This document shows positions 28,080-43,208 of a stretch of DNA of 64,000 nucleotides, piece by piece. Below the pieces are notes generated by a model that worked only from the letters and a program-made list of their open reading frames with translations, was not told the DNA's origin and did not search any database. This DNA is from Octopus vulgaris. Taxonomy: Eukaryota. Position numbers and translations under genes: made by a program. The stretch's first letter is position 1. Each line of letters begins with the position of its first letter. The stretch covers positions 104,098,001-104,162,000 of the forward strand of contig OX597815.1 of assembly GCA_951406725.2 (NCBI GenBank), written 5' to 3'.

Positions 28080-31000
28080 AATTGCACTTGTAATGAACGA
28101 ATCAGTCGGTCAAATTCTCCTCTAAGCATTTACTAACAAAACCTAGGGCTCCAATTATTATTAGTATGAATATGTATTCATAGTCTAGATAAAGGAGCTG
28201 GAGGTTTCGAAGCAGTTATCCATAGATATCTTCCTTTTCTTTGATTTTCAAAGAGATATATGTATCTGCAGGGCAGCTAACCTCTATGATGGTACCTACC
28301 TTTTACCCTCTGTCTCAAATAACAACATCTGGGATGTTATGATTACATTTGACAGAAGGATTGATGGGAATATTCCACCGGTATTCCTTGAGTTGATGCT
28401 TATGAATGCATTCCATAACAGAGGGATTTTCTCAGTGTGTTTCAGGACAGTCTTTTTTGCGGATGGCATTGTAAACTGTTTTAACAATATCGTGCCACAT
28501 AGGGAGGTAATATCGTGACGACATTTTAGGGCAGCTGCTAATCACATGCGTAATGTCTTCCACAAAAGTATGACATAGCCTACACATGTGGTTGCATCTT
28601 GGCATTACAAGAGCATCACTGTCTTTCTGTTCACTAGGTACTTCGTAACAATATCTTGTTCCTGGATTGCAAGCGCATAGCATAGCCTTCAAAGTGTAAT
28701 GTGATGTAGTGGTCTTGTGTACAAGAGAGGTTGTGCTCCGTGTCAATTCTACTGTATTTTTCAAGCTTCCGGGCAACATAAACATGCATGGTCTTTTTTT
28801 TTATGTTGAGTGCTTTCCATCTAGGTCTTCTCTGGGGTAAGAGAGCCCAGCTGTTTTGGGGCTGTCTAGGAGATCATCAGGACGATAGTGTTTCTTGGGG
28901 AGTTCACTGCCAACTTGTACAATGTTGCTCACTTCACTTTTCTGGACTGCACTAACATATTTATTTTTGCTGCTGTTGTTTAGCCTGGGTGATACCATAC
29001 GGCATTCGAAGGCCGTGTGCGCTAACCTCAGCCTCTACTACTTTCATTTCTTCTTAGGTAGTGCCTCTGTGGAAGTTCCCATTTGTTGTCAGGATTATGC
29101 GGGTTTTTATGTCTATGGGGTGGATTTTTCTTCCACAGACCAATCAAGTATCCCAAATGTTGGGATCAGCACTGGTATTGCAAATGCATTGTGGGATATT
29201 GTTTCGTTGTAAGAGGAGAGTTCCGACTGTCATATTTTACTAAGTCTGATGTAATATTCTTGGATCACTCTACCTTTATTCACAGTGCTTTCGTATGATA
29301 TATTTTCATCTATGCCTATGTACTTGTAACATTCTTTGTGTGGAATGGGGGAGATAGAGAGACCGTTGATGCACAAGTTTTGAGTTTGGGGGACTGATTT
29401 TCCACGTTCAATAACGAAGTATGAATATTTCTTTTAGCCAAATTCCATGGTTATATCAGCTGAAAATATTGTTATTAATTCCAGTTGTATTTTGGCATTG
29501 TTAACATTTTTAGCATAAATTTTCAGATCGTCTACAAAGAAATTATGAGTTACATTGATATTTCTAGCAGTCGAAGATCCTAACATGTAACCATTTGTTT
29601 TCTAAAATTGGAACAATAATGGATTCAGTGCCAAAATGAAAAGAAGTACAGAAAGACTATCTCCCTGGAATGTTCCCTATATAATGCCTATAATATCAAA
29701 AACAATTATTCTGTTCTCAGTTATAATGGTAAGAATAGTTTTCCATGTCTTTGTGAGTCCCTCTATAGCAGAAATTAAGGTAGTAGTTTCTTTTGCCAGA
29801 TGTAGGCACTTCAATAGCCATGAAATGAGGAATATAGTCGAATGCCTTCTTATAGTCAAGCCATACTTTCACAAGGTTTCTGCGTTGTTTTCTTACTTCA
29901 GACAATACAGCTTTGTTTATTAAAAGTTTTTCAGCATATCTCAACGCTCTATTCTTTCCACCAGCCTGTTCATCAGTCACAGTGTGGTTCGACTCACAAT
30001 GGTCCAGCAGGAATTGGTTGGGGCAACTTCTGTACAGTTTGTACATAAAGTTTAGGCAAGCAATGGTCCTGTAGTTTCCTCGGTGATTTCATTTTTGGCA
30101 ACAAGATTTGTCCAATTTCGTATATCAGTCTGACCTTCCATAGTCCTTTTGAACATACATAACAATTGGTTTCTATAAAATGTCAGCTTCTTGTACCAAT
30201 ATCCAACTATTAAGTCCCTTCCAGATGCCTTTCCATTCTGCAGTTTGCCTGCTGCTATAGTGAAGGTTTCCGTACCAATTTTGTATGTTTTACTGTTAGT
30301 GTTGGTACAGTATTCTCTCTCAGCTGTATTTAACCATGATCCATTCAAGTTGAAACCCCTCATTTCGTTCCAGATTTTTTACCAAAATGATTGTAGATCT
30401 TCTTAGGAAAGAGCTTTCTTAATGGTAATATTTTCCTTCCTCATCTCTCTGGACAACGTCTGTGGGTTGGAAACAAACTTACGATTGATTCTGACTCACT
30501 CAAAAATTCGTTTGTGATAACAGAGTTTCTCGCTCATCGTCCTGATTTCAAGTTTTGAAGTGATTGGCTTTCCCTCAAGGGCTCGGTGTGAAGAGTTGCC
30601 ATAAAGTTTCGTTAGTTTTTGTCTAAGGTAGAGTTGGTGAGGTGTAAACTCATTTTTTTCCTTACGTTTTATTGTTGTAGTTAATCATCCGATATGGCGA
30701 AGCACGTTATTGATGTTTTCTTCGAGTTTTTGTTTTCCATCTAGGTTGTTTCCGTTTAGTAATTTCGTTACTTTGTTCACTGTAGATTTCTCCTAGGTGT
30801 TCTTTAAGAGTAATAACGGATGTGTTTATAAGAGTATTAATAAGAGTTTTATTTAAAAGCTATATTTGCACCAGTAGTTGTTATTCCAGTAATTAACATC
30901 ACATGATTCCATGTGCCCTCCAACAACATTGCTGATAACCTTAAACATTAGATCGGTCGGATTTTTTCTCACTCTTGTTGGGAATAGTCTGTTGCTCAAC

Positions 31001-31130
31001 AAAAGCTTTGAGAAAGTAGCAAAATATTTTGCGAATTGTAATTTGAAAGTGCTTTTGGGTTGGATGTATTCCACAGTTTGGAGACATACTCTAATTTAGC
31101 AATGGCGGGAGCAGTGGTTTATTTACGTTA
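28080..31130 (-). mobile_element. R4/Dong-like non-LTR retrotransposon, about 3 kb, decayed
   Basis: EQAGGK, VWLDYKKAFDYIPH, FQGDSLSVLLFILALNPL, HNFFVDDLKIYA and zinc knuckle CRLCHTFVEDITHVISSC. Confidence 0.92.
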
Positions 31131-32754
31131 TTTTTTACGCCTCTTCTGGCAGATGTTGACCCATTTTCAGTCTTTTGGGAGGATCAAGTACCAGTTAATT
31201 TGTTTCGTTAGTTTTTGTCTAAGGTAGAGTTGCATGTGTGTGTGTGCCTATGTGTGTGTATGTATGTATGTATGTATGTATGTATGTATGTATGTATGTA
31301 TGTATGTATGTATGTATGTATGTATGTATGTATGTATGTATGTATGTATGCATGTATGTATGCTTGTATATATCAATGTATGTATACGCATATTGTGTAT
31401 GCCGAGTCCTGGACATAGCTGTTTCTGCTGCCTTCAGTAGAGAATATATTTGACACATTTTCCATGACCTCTTTTGATAAAGATCACAAACAAGTTATTT
31501 AGTAGAATTTATACAGCACTTATTTGTATGATACGATATTCTTTTTATTAAAAAAATGATAAATATGCACAACAGGAAATTAGCTTTAACTGTCAGCTAA
31601 ATGTATATGCGCCATTGTTAAAGATCTGAATTATTTATGTATAATGTTTCTAATTCATTTTCAGACAGTTTTATTTAAAAGCTATATTTGCACCAGTAGT
31701 TGTTTTCTTTAGTCTGTGGATCACCTTACAGAAGTATAAACTAGCTTTGATTCTAAATCAATCGTGGCAGTTAAACACTACATTAAGAAACATTGAAGAA
31801 TGGTATTTTCTTTTGCAACAGATCCACACATTTTTTTATCGAGAACTTATTTCTCATACAAAGATGTCTCATGTCACCTGATATCTCATATTTCAATCCA
31901 AATCATATTGTTACACTTCCATGTATTTACGTGCGTCTTGACAAATGTTTTCATGTTTGTAAACTCCTCTTTATTTCAATATAAGATGAAATTTAAAGAT
32001 ATGACAATATTTATTTAGTGTCATGATATCCTTTTGATATAGTTTAATGATATTATTTTACAATTCACATTAGATTCTACATTCAAGTCAAAATTTTAAT
32101 TGAAAATAAATTATTAAATATGCGTAATTTGAAAACTCGGAAGCGATTTTCACTCCAAAATCATTTCCACCAGAATCGCCCTTATTTTGTGAAGAAGGTG
32201 CCCCAGCATGAGATCGATCGTGTAGTTTTGTTTCAAACTACAGCTTAAAGTAGATTGAAATTTAAATGCATTGATTTCTAGTTGGTAGTTAATACACTTA
32301 TTTTTAAACCGACAAGTAATTATTTAGAGTCATTATATATAAAATTAAATAACACAGCAAATTGTATATAAAATTAAATAACACAGCAAATTATTTAAAA
32401 AGAAAGGCTCACTTACTGGACAGGCTATACAATACAGATCCAATTTTTTGGTCATTCTTGACTAAGTCGTCGTTTATATTTGTGCTTATATAATAACACA
32501 ACTAATGCGAATGTATAAATTCAACATTTGATTTACTAAATAAATATATAATCAATGCTCTTGGTATTTAAAATATTATTCAACTCATCAAATTTATAGT
32601 GTGGTCTTAAATTTGTTAAAACTTCTTTTTCAATAGACGATTGAGGTGTGAAGTAGTAAATTTATTTTTCAGAATCCTTTCTTCATGTCTGGTGAATGTG
32701 TCACGTTCAGAATGTTCTTGTTATTGTATCATGTTGTTGCTCTATTCTGTTCAG

Positions 32755-32884
32755 TTGGGGAGAAATATCAAGGACTGTCGACAAAGAAAACCAAGATAAC
32801 CACTGAAGAGGATGCAAATAAAGAAAGTGTTGACAACATTTCGGAGACAGACGCTGATAAAGAGGAAAATATGGAGGGGAAAAT
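32755..32884 (+). CDS. Candidate 130-bp exon, acidic and Lys-rich
   Basis: Acceptor ctattctgttcag; phase 1 reads VGEKYQGLSTKKTKITTEEDANKESVDNISETDADKEENMEGK; donor AT|gtaaat, or alternatively terminates at ATG TAA. Confidence 0.55.
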
Positions 32885-33899
32885 GTAAATATCTTTCCTT
32901 TGTTGTCCATTGTTCAATACGAATGCTGTCATCGTTTTTGTTTATGGATTTTGTCCTCTGCCATTACTTCCTATTATCGTTTATAGTCTTCCTATAATCT
33001 GTAATCCTAAACTGTCTTAGTCTGCATTGTATTCTTGAACTTTACCGTTTGGTTGTCTTCCTTGATATTGTTATATTATTATTGTCGTGTATTCATTTAA
33101 ATTACTTCTTGTGTGCTTTTAATGCTTACCAGAAACAAAACAATTTATGGCAACTAATCAAACTGCAGCTTAAATATAACACTCTCTTATTGCTCTCCAT
33201 CAAATATGATGATAAGGATATCTTGATGGAATATTCCTTCTCTAAAACTGCTACTTTTGCTTGAATTTAGCTTTTACCTTTTCTATTCTTGTCTAGTATT
33301 GTTCCTTTCATATAATATTTTAGCTTAAATAATAAGCATTACATTTTGTTGTTTTTTTTCTGTTTGTCATCTATTGCCTTGCTGTTAATATGGCAATATA
33401 GCATAAACCAAATATTATTTCAAAACTACATACTCTCCAACAGGATTTTAATTTTTTTATTTTAGAGAATAATGGTTTTCGCCGAAAAAACTAAGAATGT
33501 TTTATCGAGTATGGGTGGAATCAAATGGATGTAAATGGTAAGAACTACTTTTAGTAAACTCCGAAATTATTTCTCTGTAAACTTGCTTAATTCATAAACT
33601 ATCTTTGAGGACACATACACTATTCTTCGTTTTTGTTTTGTTTTTGATTTTGGGTTTTTTGCTTTTATTTTTTTGGGGGGGGCGCTTTGGTTTAGTTATT
33701 TTTTTTGCTAATGAACTCAAAAAATTTTAAAAGTTGGAAATACCTGGTTAAGAGTTTTACGTATCCTTCAGGCAGAAATTATTTTGAAGAAAATTTTGGT
33801 TAAATATTTGACACAAATTACATTTTTAAGGAACCTCTTAATGATATATATAAGCAAAAGTTTTAATGAGTCATAAACTAAATTTAATAACAATATAAT

Positions 33900-34491
<592 letters not shown>

Positions 34492-35471
34492 AATATAATT
34501 TATATATGAAATAGTTACAGAAAGAAAGAGTCTAAACATATTAAATACTTTCAATGATGTGTTCTCATTTTGTAAAGGACTAGCAGTGGCTATTTATTTT
34601 GGTTAGGTAGATAGTGCCTTCTGAAATAATCTTTCAAAAAAATCAGAGTAACCTTTTCTATTTCAACATTTCCATAAAATCTTTAAATGCCATATAATAC
34701 ATATCTCTGATTGCCAACCGTTAAGCAATTAACTCTGTTTATCATGCTAGCTTACAAGAAAGAATGAACTTTTCCAGCCATTTTTTTCTCTCCTATTTTT
34801 TCTTCCCAAAGTCAGAAACTTTCTGTAACTGTTCTAATCGGGACAGATATACTGAATGGAGTTTTGTTGAATCCATCTTAAACGTAAAAGAAATTATTGA
34901 GCAGAAGTAAAAAAAAATAATAACTTATTGACAGAAGAAACTTATAATTCGAAGTGTCATATTCAATCAAATTTATTTAGTATGCTGGAAAATGGAAGAT
35001 TACAAGATATACGCTTGTCATTTTGAATATGATCATTAATGAGAAGCTATTAAAAATCTCTCCATTTTCTATTTTTAACCTTTTAAAGCACAACTTTTTT
35101 ACTTAAATAATAAAAATTGGTCATTTAGATATAATTACTAAATAAATTACATCAGAGCATAAGTCAAGTTCACTTTAATGTGTACATGTATGAAGCCTTT
35201 TTCGTTTATTATTAGGCGAGATTAGTATTTTAAAGATTTATTTTGTAATCGGTAAGGAAATTCAATGATTAGCACGAATTTCTTTTTAAAATATTTTATC
35301 TAATATTGACTTGAATTTATTATCCCTTCTTACAGATCCTGCTATTTTATGTACAAGATCTAGTCTTCCCTGAGAACACCTGATGATCTGACGTTACAAA
35401 TATAAAGAACAAAAATATATTAGACCAAAAGGTGCTATATCGAGATTTGGACTAGTTAAGAATTTATAATT

Positions 35472-35569
35472 TTACAAAGACATTGTAATATCCTGCTTGC
35501 GGCCACCCATCTCGTCTGCTTTCTTCAATTCCTTTTGCCTCCTTTTCGCGCCTTTCAATCGCCGTATTC
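35472..35569 (-). CDS. Candidate terminal exon of a nested antisense gene
   Basis: Minus-strand pyrimidine tract followed by ...ggatag, then a non-repetitive, locally GC-richer frame (G)IRRLKGAKRRQKELKKADEMGGRKQDITMSL*. Confidence 0.3.
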
Positions 35570-35836
35570 CTATCCGGTAAATAAAAGGAAGTGATAAAAG
35601 GGAAAGACATCTACAACGCTCAATCGCCAAGTAAATCGTGCCCTATATACTAATGATTTCATTTCATATTTTTAAATCGACGCAAGAAATCCAGAGTCGT
35701 TTTGTATGCTTTGCTTTATACGCCAGTCGAAAACATTTTTATTTTGTTGAAAGGTGGTTTTTCTAAATTGCGCCGTTGTAAACCTGGCAGCATGTGATCT
35801 ATTATTCCCTAAATGGTGTATAGCTTTCTCATAATA

Positions 35837-35911
<75 letters not shown>

Positions 35912-36354
35912 TTATATGTATATGTTTGTCTATACATGTGTGTATATATTATATACATATATGTGTGTGTGCGTGTGCAATATGTGTATTTCTATGTGTG
36001 TGTGAGTGTGCGAGAGAGATGAAGTGTATATGCAATGATTGTAAATGTATCAATATATCTAATGAGGAGATTAACAATGCTTATGTTATAAACATATACT
36101 GATGTGTAGATATGTAGACATGTATCCTTTTAAAACTTCATAAACAGGGAATAACCATATATTCATACAAGCAATCAAAAGTTCGAAGATATTTGTATAA
36201 AAACACATGCAGCATTATTTCTCTAAGCTTCAATAACAATATATGTCACATTATGTCGATCTGAGATTCAGAGATATTTGAGCGAAATAATATCATTTGC
36301 CAAAGTGTACGCTAATAGCTTTGCTACACCTGTACCTGAGTATACATCTATGTA

Positions 36355-36396
<42 letters not shown>

Positions 36397-36421
36397 TCTG
36401 TGTGTATGTATGTATGTATGC

Positions 36422-36468
<47 letters not shown>

Positions 36469-36822
36469 TATATGTATATATATATATATATATATTAATT
36501 TTTTGATTGTTTTTTATATAAAAACTTCACTGTGCGTTGCGAAATCATCAGTCCAATATAAATATCTTCGGTTCTTTAAATGGAAATTACATAAAGTAAA
36601 ATTCGGCTATTTATTCTCTTTTTATTTATTTATTTATTTTTGCATAACTTCATACACCTCACACGTTTATAAGTGCGAGTTAGAGAGGGAATAAAAGCGT
36701 TTGAGTGTGTGTGTGTTTCTGTGTGCATGTGTGTGTGTATGTCTGTACAGACACTTAATGACCGTGTAGAAGAGCCACATTGATTTTATCGTATAAATTA
36801 AAATTCGGCCTATTATTCTCAG

Positions 36823-36877
<55 letters not shown>

Positions 36878-37031
36878 CATAGAACAACCCACGTACTGAT
36901 ACATGTGTGCATGTGTATGAGTGTATACGTACATACATATACACACACGTACGCACACACGCGCACACACACTTACACACACACATATATATACATATAT
37001 ATATATATATGTCCGTGTGTATGTAGTTTTA

Positions 37032-37109
<78 letters not shown>

Positions 37110-38111
37110 ATGAGTGTGTATGAAAATTTTGTTATTTTTTTAACATTCATCACATCATAAATCTCAGCTTCTCAGTTGTAATCGTACTACTTATACGTGA
37201 TTTAGCTATCATTTCTTCACTATGATATAACATTATATTATGTCAAATAATACCATATCGTATCATATTATATATAATATTTTAGATGTAAACGTGATCT
37301 AAATTTTATCCGATAGAAATCCATAGAGAAATTGGGCTCACTTTATTTAATGCTTACGTTTCAAAACTGTTTTTATTTTCATTCTCTTTTGTCTATTTCG
37401 TTACTTAAATATATGGCGGAAGAATCTGATAACATGTCTCATACTTCATATTTCGTAGTTGTTATTGTTAGTGATGGTGATGGTGCTGTTGCTGTTATTT
37501 TTTTTATTTAACTGTTTCTTTCTTTTAAATTTTGAAACTTTTAACGACTTAAGTTGCATATTCAGAATTTGGTACTAATCATTTATATTATTTGCGATAT
37601 TTTCTCGTTTCCTTTGCGAATTTTCACTGCAAAACTAATACAGGTTGGAAAATCTGTTTTATATTGATGAAATTACATGAAACAAAATACCCATTAGTTT
37701 TGTTAAATTTGCAATACTATACAAAACGGAAATATTAACATTTTTCCTTCATTTCTCTTAAAATATTTTATATGTTAATAAGATGTTCTGAAAACAAGTG
37801 CATTAGTATTTTTAATAAAATTTATATGATACAATAAGGTTGCTATATCATAAAATAACAATGAAATAACAATGAGACATGAATGGCAATAGATTTGAAA
37901 TGCGACAAAATTAACTTTTAGCGCGGAAGAGTGAGTGTATGGAAATTATATCGTTGAAAGTTACGAATGATATTCCCGATATTTCTGTGATATAAAAAGC
38001 ATATAATCGGATCAGACATGGCAATAATAATAATATTAATACTAATACTATCACTACACTAATAATAATAATATCAATGATAACATTAATATTAGTAATA
38101 ATATTAATAAT

Positions 38112-38200
<89 letters not shown>

Positions 38201-41004
38201 CAACAACAATAACAACAGCAATATACAGTCGCTTGCCTAATCGGAGAAATAAGGGGCAATACAGAAAGAGGATAAGAAAGAGATAGTGTTTCTTTGTAGT
38301 AGAAATGTCACGAAGCATATAAAACAAAGTGCTTCGGAAAACACTTTTCAGAGAGCCACGGAACCTTCACAAAGATAACCGGCGTGGAAATATCCCATGA
38401 AATATTTCACAATTTAATCAAAACTGTTTTGTAACAATTGATAGTCATAACTAGTAAAATATGAATGGACCCCGAATTGTTGAAAGCATAACATATGACT
38501 TTTCTTTGAAACTAAAAGTACTCCTTTATCACTCTGAAATATAAAAACCAATGAAAGTCTGTAGAGGATTGTTAATGAGCCCAAAATTTCTTATGGATAT
38601 CATAATGAAAGGTTCTGCGTTATAAGGATAACACTGGATGAACAAACGCAGAAACGATCCTATACGCAATTGCTTGAAACACTAAATATAACTAGCAAAC
38701 TTCACTCAAATATTACGTACTTGAACAAAGGAGAGGATACATTGAAAATGTATTTGTGGCTTAGAACTAAACAATAACAACGACAGTGATAATGATGATG
38801 ACGATAACAGCTATGAGAAGGAAAAAAAAGAAAAAAGTGTAGACCAAATTCGATGGAAATATTAACAACAGAACAGTGTATAAAGATACATTATGAAATC
38901 GCGAATTCATGTTCAGTGAAATGCCTTGTTGAGGATGAAACTTGTTAAAGGTGGGAATAAAGAACAACATTACGTAAATTATTAACACATAGCATGTTTC
39001 AAACTCACTCTGAAAATTACTATTTGTCATCTCTTCGAACGAATACCCATGACTGTATTCAAAGTTTTCTTTTGAACTAGAAGCAATGCTGAGAAAAGAT
39101 ACCAAAGTAGAATTATGAAATATTTGGAGGAGAACAATTGTACATGACAACAAAAAACTATATTTATAATAATATTATATCTCAGTAAAGTAAAATGATT
39201 GGAACTCCCAATAAAGATGGCGACTTGATAGAATCGTTTTAGTATCGTCCAGAATGTTTTGTGGAATATATTTTGCATCTCAACACTCTGCGTTCAAGTC
39301 CTACCAAGCTCAACTTTGCCTTTCATCCTTTCTGGGTCGATAAAGGAAGTACCAATCCAGTTCTTGCGTTGATTTGTTAATTTCTCTTTTTCTCATTCTC
39401 CCTCTCTTTCTTTCTTTCTCTCTGTCTCTCTCTCTATCTCTCTCCCTCTTTGTGGATTGTACTTGTAACTCAAAGGTCTATTTATTCCACATTATCATGC
39501 TGAATCGACCTGGGAAGTGTGTTCACAGCATACATGCCTGTGGAAATCCACCAATGTCAATAGGTTAACCTTGTGTGTGTGTTTACGTATATTTGTGCGT
39601 GTGTGTGTGTGTATGTGTGCAGTCTGACGTTCAAGTTTATGTGCAAACTGTAATATCAAGGCCACTTTGGTGTTTTATTAATTACTGTCTTGATTCACTT
39701 ATCAACTTTGCGAAGAATTATGAGTTTGAGCTTGGGAAACAATATTTACCTCCGTTATTAATCTGTTATTTATGATGTTTTTAGACTTCTTCGCAAAACT
39801 AGAAACGTCAAAATAAAATAAATGAAATTTTGATCTAAACCCGAATGATATGGCCTTATCAATGACAAGGAAATTTTGGAGTAAAAGTTCATCAGTTTTG
39901 AGAGCAGGAACTAGGCATTATTGTATACAAAACGTAAGAAAATGTTGCTTTAATATATTACACCTTATGGAGCAGTAAATTCTGTGCTGTCATCATTAAG
40001 GAGTGTGAAGCAGATAACGGGAGGTATTATTTATATCAGTAAAAAGTTAAGTAGTTATATTCAGAGCTGTTAAACTTATTAAGTTTTTCTATGTACTCTC
40101 AGTAACATATATCAATTTGCAACCACAATAATTAGACTGGAATACAAAGAGGTTTTAAATAGATAAATCTCAGGCTTGTAAATTTCCGATTCACACTAAC
40201 ATCTTTAGTACTAGTAGTATTAGTAATGATAGAAGATTGTATTAATTCAGTATTTTACTGGTATTTAATATCATGGGAGCCATGAAAAATAAAGTTGTCC
40301 TTGGTGAGCTATATATATCCAAAACGTAAAAAGCCAGAGCAAGTACTACAAGGTTCTTTGACTGGCATTCAAACCATTAATAATATCAAGAAAAAGGAAA
40401 AGAACAACTCAAAAGTAAATATAGTACATGAAACATATTAAATATTTTGGTCCCGGCTGATCAAGACGTCGCTTGAAAAAGGATGGACAATCTGTCACAG
40501 TACAAAGATTGTTAAAGTGAAATATGCACGTTATGGGAGTAAGCTGTTAATAGTACCAATTAGTAGAACACTATATATGGTAAAGAAATGTTTAATTCTT
40601 AAAAAACAAATATCAGGGCTACCGAGTTTACACATAGTTCAAAAGGAGCCCTGCTACATATAGCACACATTCTACGCAAGATACGTTAATTTCAATAGCA
40701 CAATTCTAACTGTACACTCCCTGTACACAGCACATACCGTCTACATTCATCACTGGATATTAAAACACAGCACGTACTCTACCCAAATCTCCAGTGGAAT
40801 AGGACAACTACTTTACACAACGTACGTAGCACTGAACTAACAACAGAAAATCAAAACGAATCCCACAACAAAGAAATTTAATGCAGTATACAAGTTCAAT
40901 TGAATATACTCAAAAGACAATGCTGCACACATCTGGAACACAGAGGTACACATGGTGATGCTGTACAAAAAGCATAAATTGTTGAAGCTTTTTAGAATTG
41001 TACG

Positions 41005-41165
41005 ACAAGGCCAACAATTTTAATGGGAGGAACCTAGTCAATTACATCCATCCAACTCCTCAGCTGGTATTTATTTCATTAACCCTGAAAGGATGTGAGG
41101 CAAAGTCGATATCGGCGGAATTTGAACTCAGAACGTAAAAAGCCGGAAGAAAAGCCGCTAAGTAT
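41005..41165 (-). mobile_element. SINE family A, diverged
   Basis: gaaaggatgtgaggcaaagtcgatatcggcggaatttgaactcagaacgtaa matches the reverse complement of the family A consensus. Confidence 0.75.
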
Positions 41166-42052
41166 TTTGCTAATAACGGTTTCTAATTTAAGCTGAAAGC
41201 CAACAGTTTTAAGAGGATGGCGTTAGATGATTCCATTGATCCCAAATGTGATTGGTACTTTATTTTATCAACCCCCAAATATTTTATCAGCAATAACAAT
41301 GAATATCATAACGATAAAAAGATTTACAAAATAGAAATCTGTATAACAGACAAAAATGCCAACCACAACAACAACAGGAACGACAGCAAAAATAAACAGG
41401 ATATTGAGTTAATTTAGGAAAACTTAGGCAAATAAAGAATATATTTCAAATTAAATGCTTTCAATTGTTTCAGCTTTAAAGCTGCGGTCATGGTAGAGCA
41501 CCACCTTTGGGTATGTACATGCTTTAATAACAAATACCTATGGTCTGCAGCTGAACATTACTGGGATAAGCAAACCAACTGCAACTTCATATCGAACCAT
41601 AATACTATATGAAATGCACTCATCTATAACGCAGGAGCTATACCTACGCAGAAATGGCATCCCGCAAAGAATGGATGGAAATGAAGAGGGCAAATCAAGT
41701 ATAGATACCACAACTGAATAAAGAGAAGCCTATTGTTATAAATTAAGTATTAGTCCAACATGGTATATATATATATTACTATTACTACCACTTTTCTTTA
41801 TTAATTAATTAAATTAATGTTTTACTAGTGCAAACAACCAGCTTCTTCCTGTTATTTTCCCTCCGTTTTCTTCTTGTATATAATTTAAACTACGGTTTAC
41901 CCGCTGAATTACCTGCTACCGTACACCTTTTACCAAGGACTGTACCTACGCAGCTAATCACCAGGAACGCTTTTGAATTTAACCATCTCTTAGAGGCTTT
42001 AAACACCTCTAACTTATGTATATATGTGTGTGTGTGTTTGTGTGTGTGTGTA

Positions 42053-42118
<66 letters not shown>

Positions 42119-42169
42119 GTGTGTTGGATGAGACACAAATTCAACACACGAATTCACATCAAGAATCTT

Positions 42170-42331
42170 GTAGGAGTGGCTGTGTGGTAAGTAGCTTGCT
42201 TGCCAACCACATGATTCTGGGCTCAGTCCCACTGCGTAAGATCTTGGGCAAATGTTTTCTACTAGAGCCTCGGGCCGACCAAGCCTTGTGAGTGGATTTG
42301 GTAGACGGAAACTGAAAGAAGCCCGTCGTAT

Positions 42332-42425
<94 letters not shown>

Positions 42426-42728
42426 GATAGATAGATAGATAAAAGTTACTTGGAAATGGATGTGTGGCATTCAATCATAGAATAATATAAATAATATATA
42501 TATGCATATATACATACATATATGTACATACTTACATATATATGTATATACATATGCATACGTGGGCACAGGACGTCACAGAACGTAAACAACATGAAAT
42601 ACGAAATACGAATACATGGAATATGAACTTTTTTCGAACAACGAAAGAAACAAATGGAAAACAAGACACGCAACATAAATAACGACACTTCATCAGTTGT
42701 TGGCTGTTTTTCTATTCCGTATTTCGAG

Positions 42729-42761
<33 letters not shown>

Positions 42762-43208
42762 TGTATGTATGTATGTATGTATGTATGTACGTATGTATGT
42801 ATATATTTTTGTGTGTCTGTATTTGTCACCCCAGCATCGCTTAACAACAGATGCTGGTGTGTTTACGTCCCCGTAATCTAGCAGTTGGGAAGAAAAACCC
42901 CGATAGATTAAGTACTAGGCTTACAAAGAATAAGTTCCGGAGTCGATTTGCTCGACTAAAGGCGGTGCTACAGCATGACCGAACTCAAGTGACTGAAACA
43001 AATAAAATAATAAAAGAATATATATGCGTGTATTTATCACCCCACAATCACTTGACAGCCGATGTTGTTGTGTTTATATCCCCGAAACGTAGCAGTTCAT
43101 CAAACGAGTATTAACCTTACAGAGACTAAGTCCTGGGGTCGATTTCTTCAACTAAAAACCCTTTAAGGCGGTGCTCCAAAGTGGCCGCAGTCAAATTACT
43201 GAAACAAC
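42170..43208 (+). mobile_element. SINE family B with a nested insert and a duplicated tail
   Basis: Head 42170-42330, (GATA)n, unrelated insert 42475-42730, (GTAT)n, tail 42812-43015, second partial tail 43030-43208. Confidence 0.85.

Noticed and set aside
32335-32393. 29-bp tandem duplication (similar small ones at 13013-13060 and 7660-7698)
   Set aside because: Ordinary slippage-type duplications.
33466-33537. AG...GT bounded 72-bp exon candidate
   Set aside because: Stop codons in all three frames; it could only be non-coding or use other splice sites.
35375-35400. cacctgatga motif
   Set aside because: No stem II or GAAA follows.
38767-39153. 128-aa hydrophobic ORF
   Set aside because: Non-ATG start, ends in simple repeats, no recognisable motif or clear splice signals.
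42685-42730. CUGAUGA and CGAAA on the minus strand
   Set aside because: No consistent stems I-III could be built around them.
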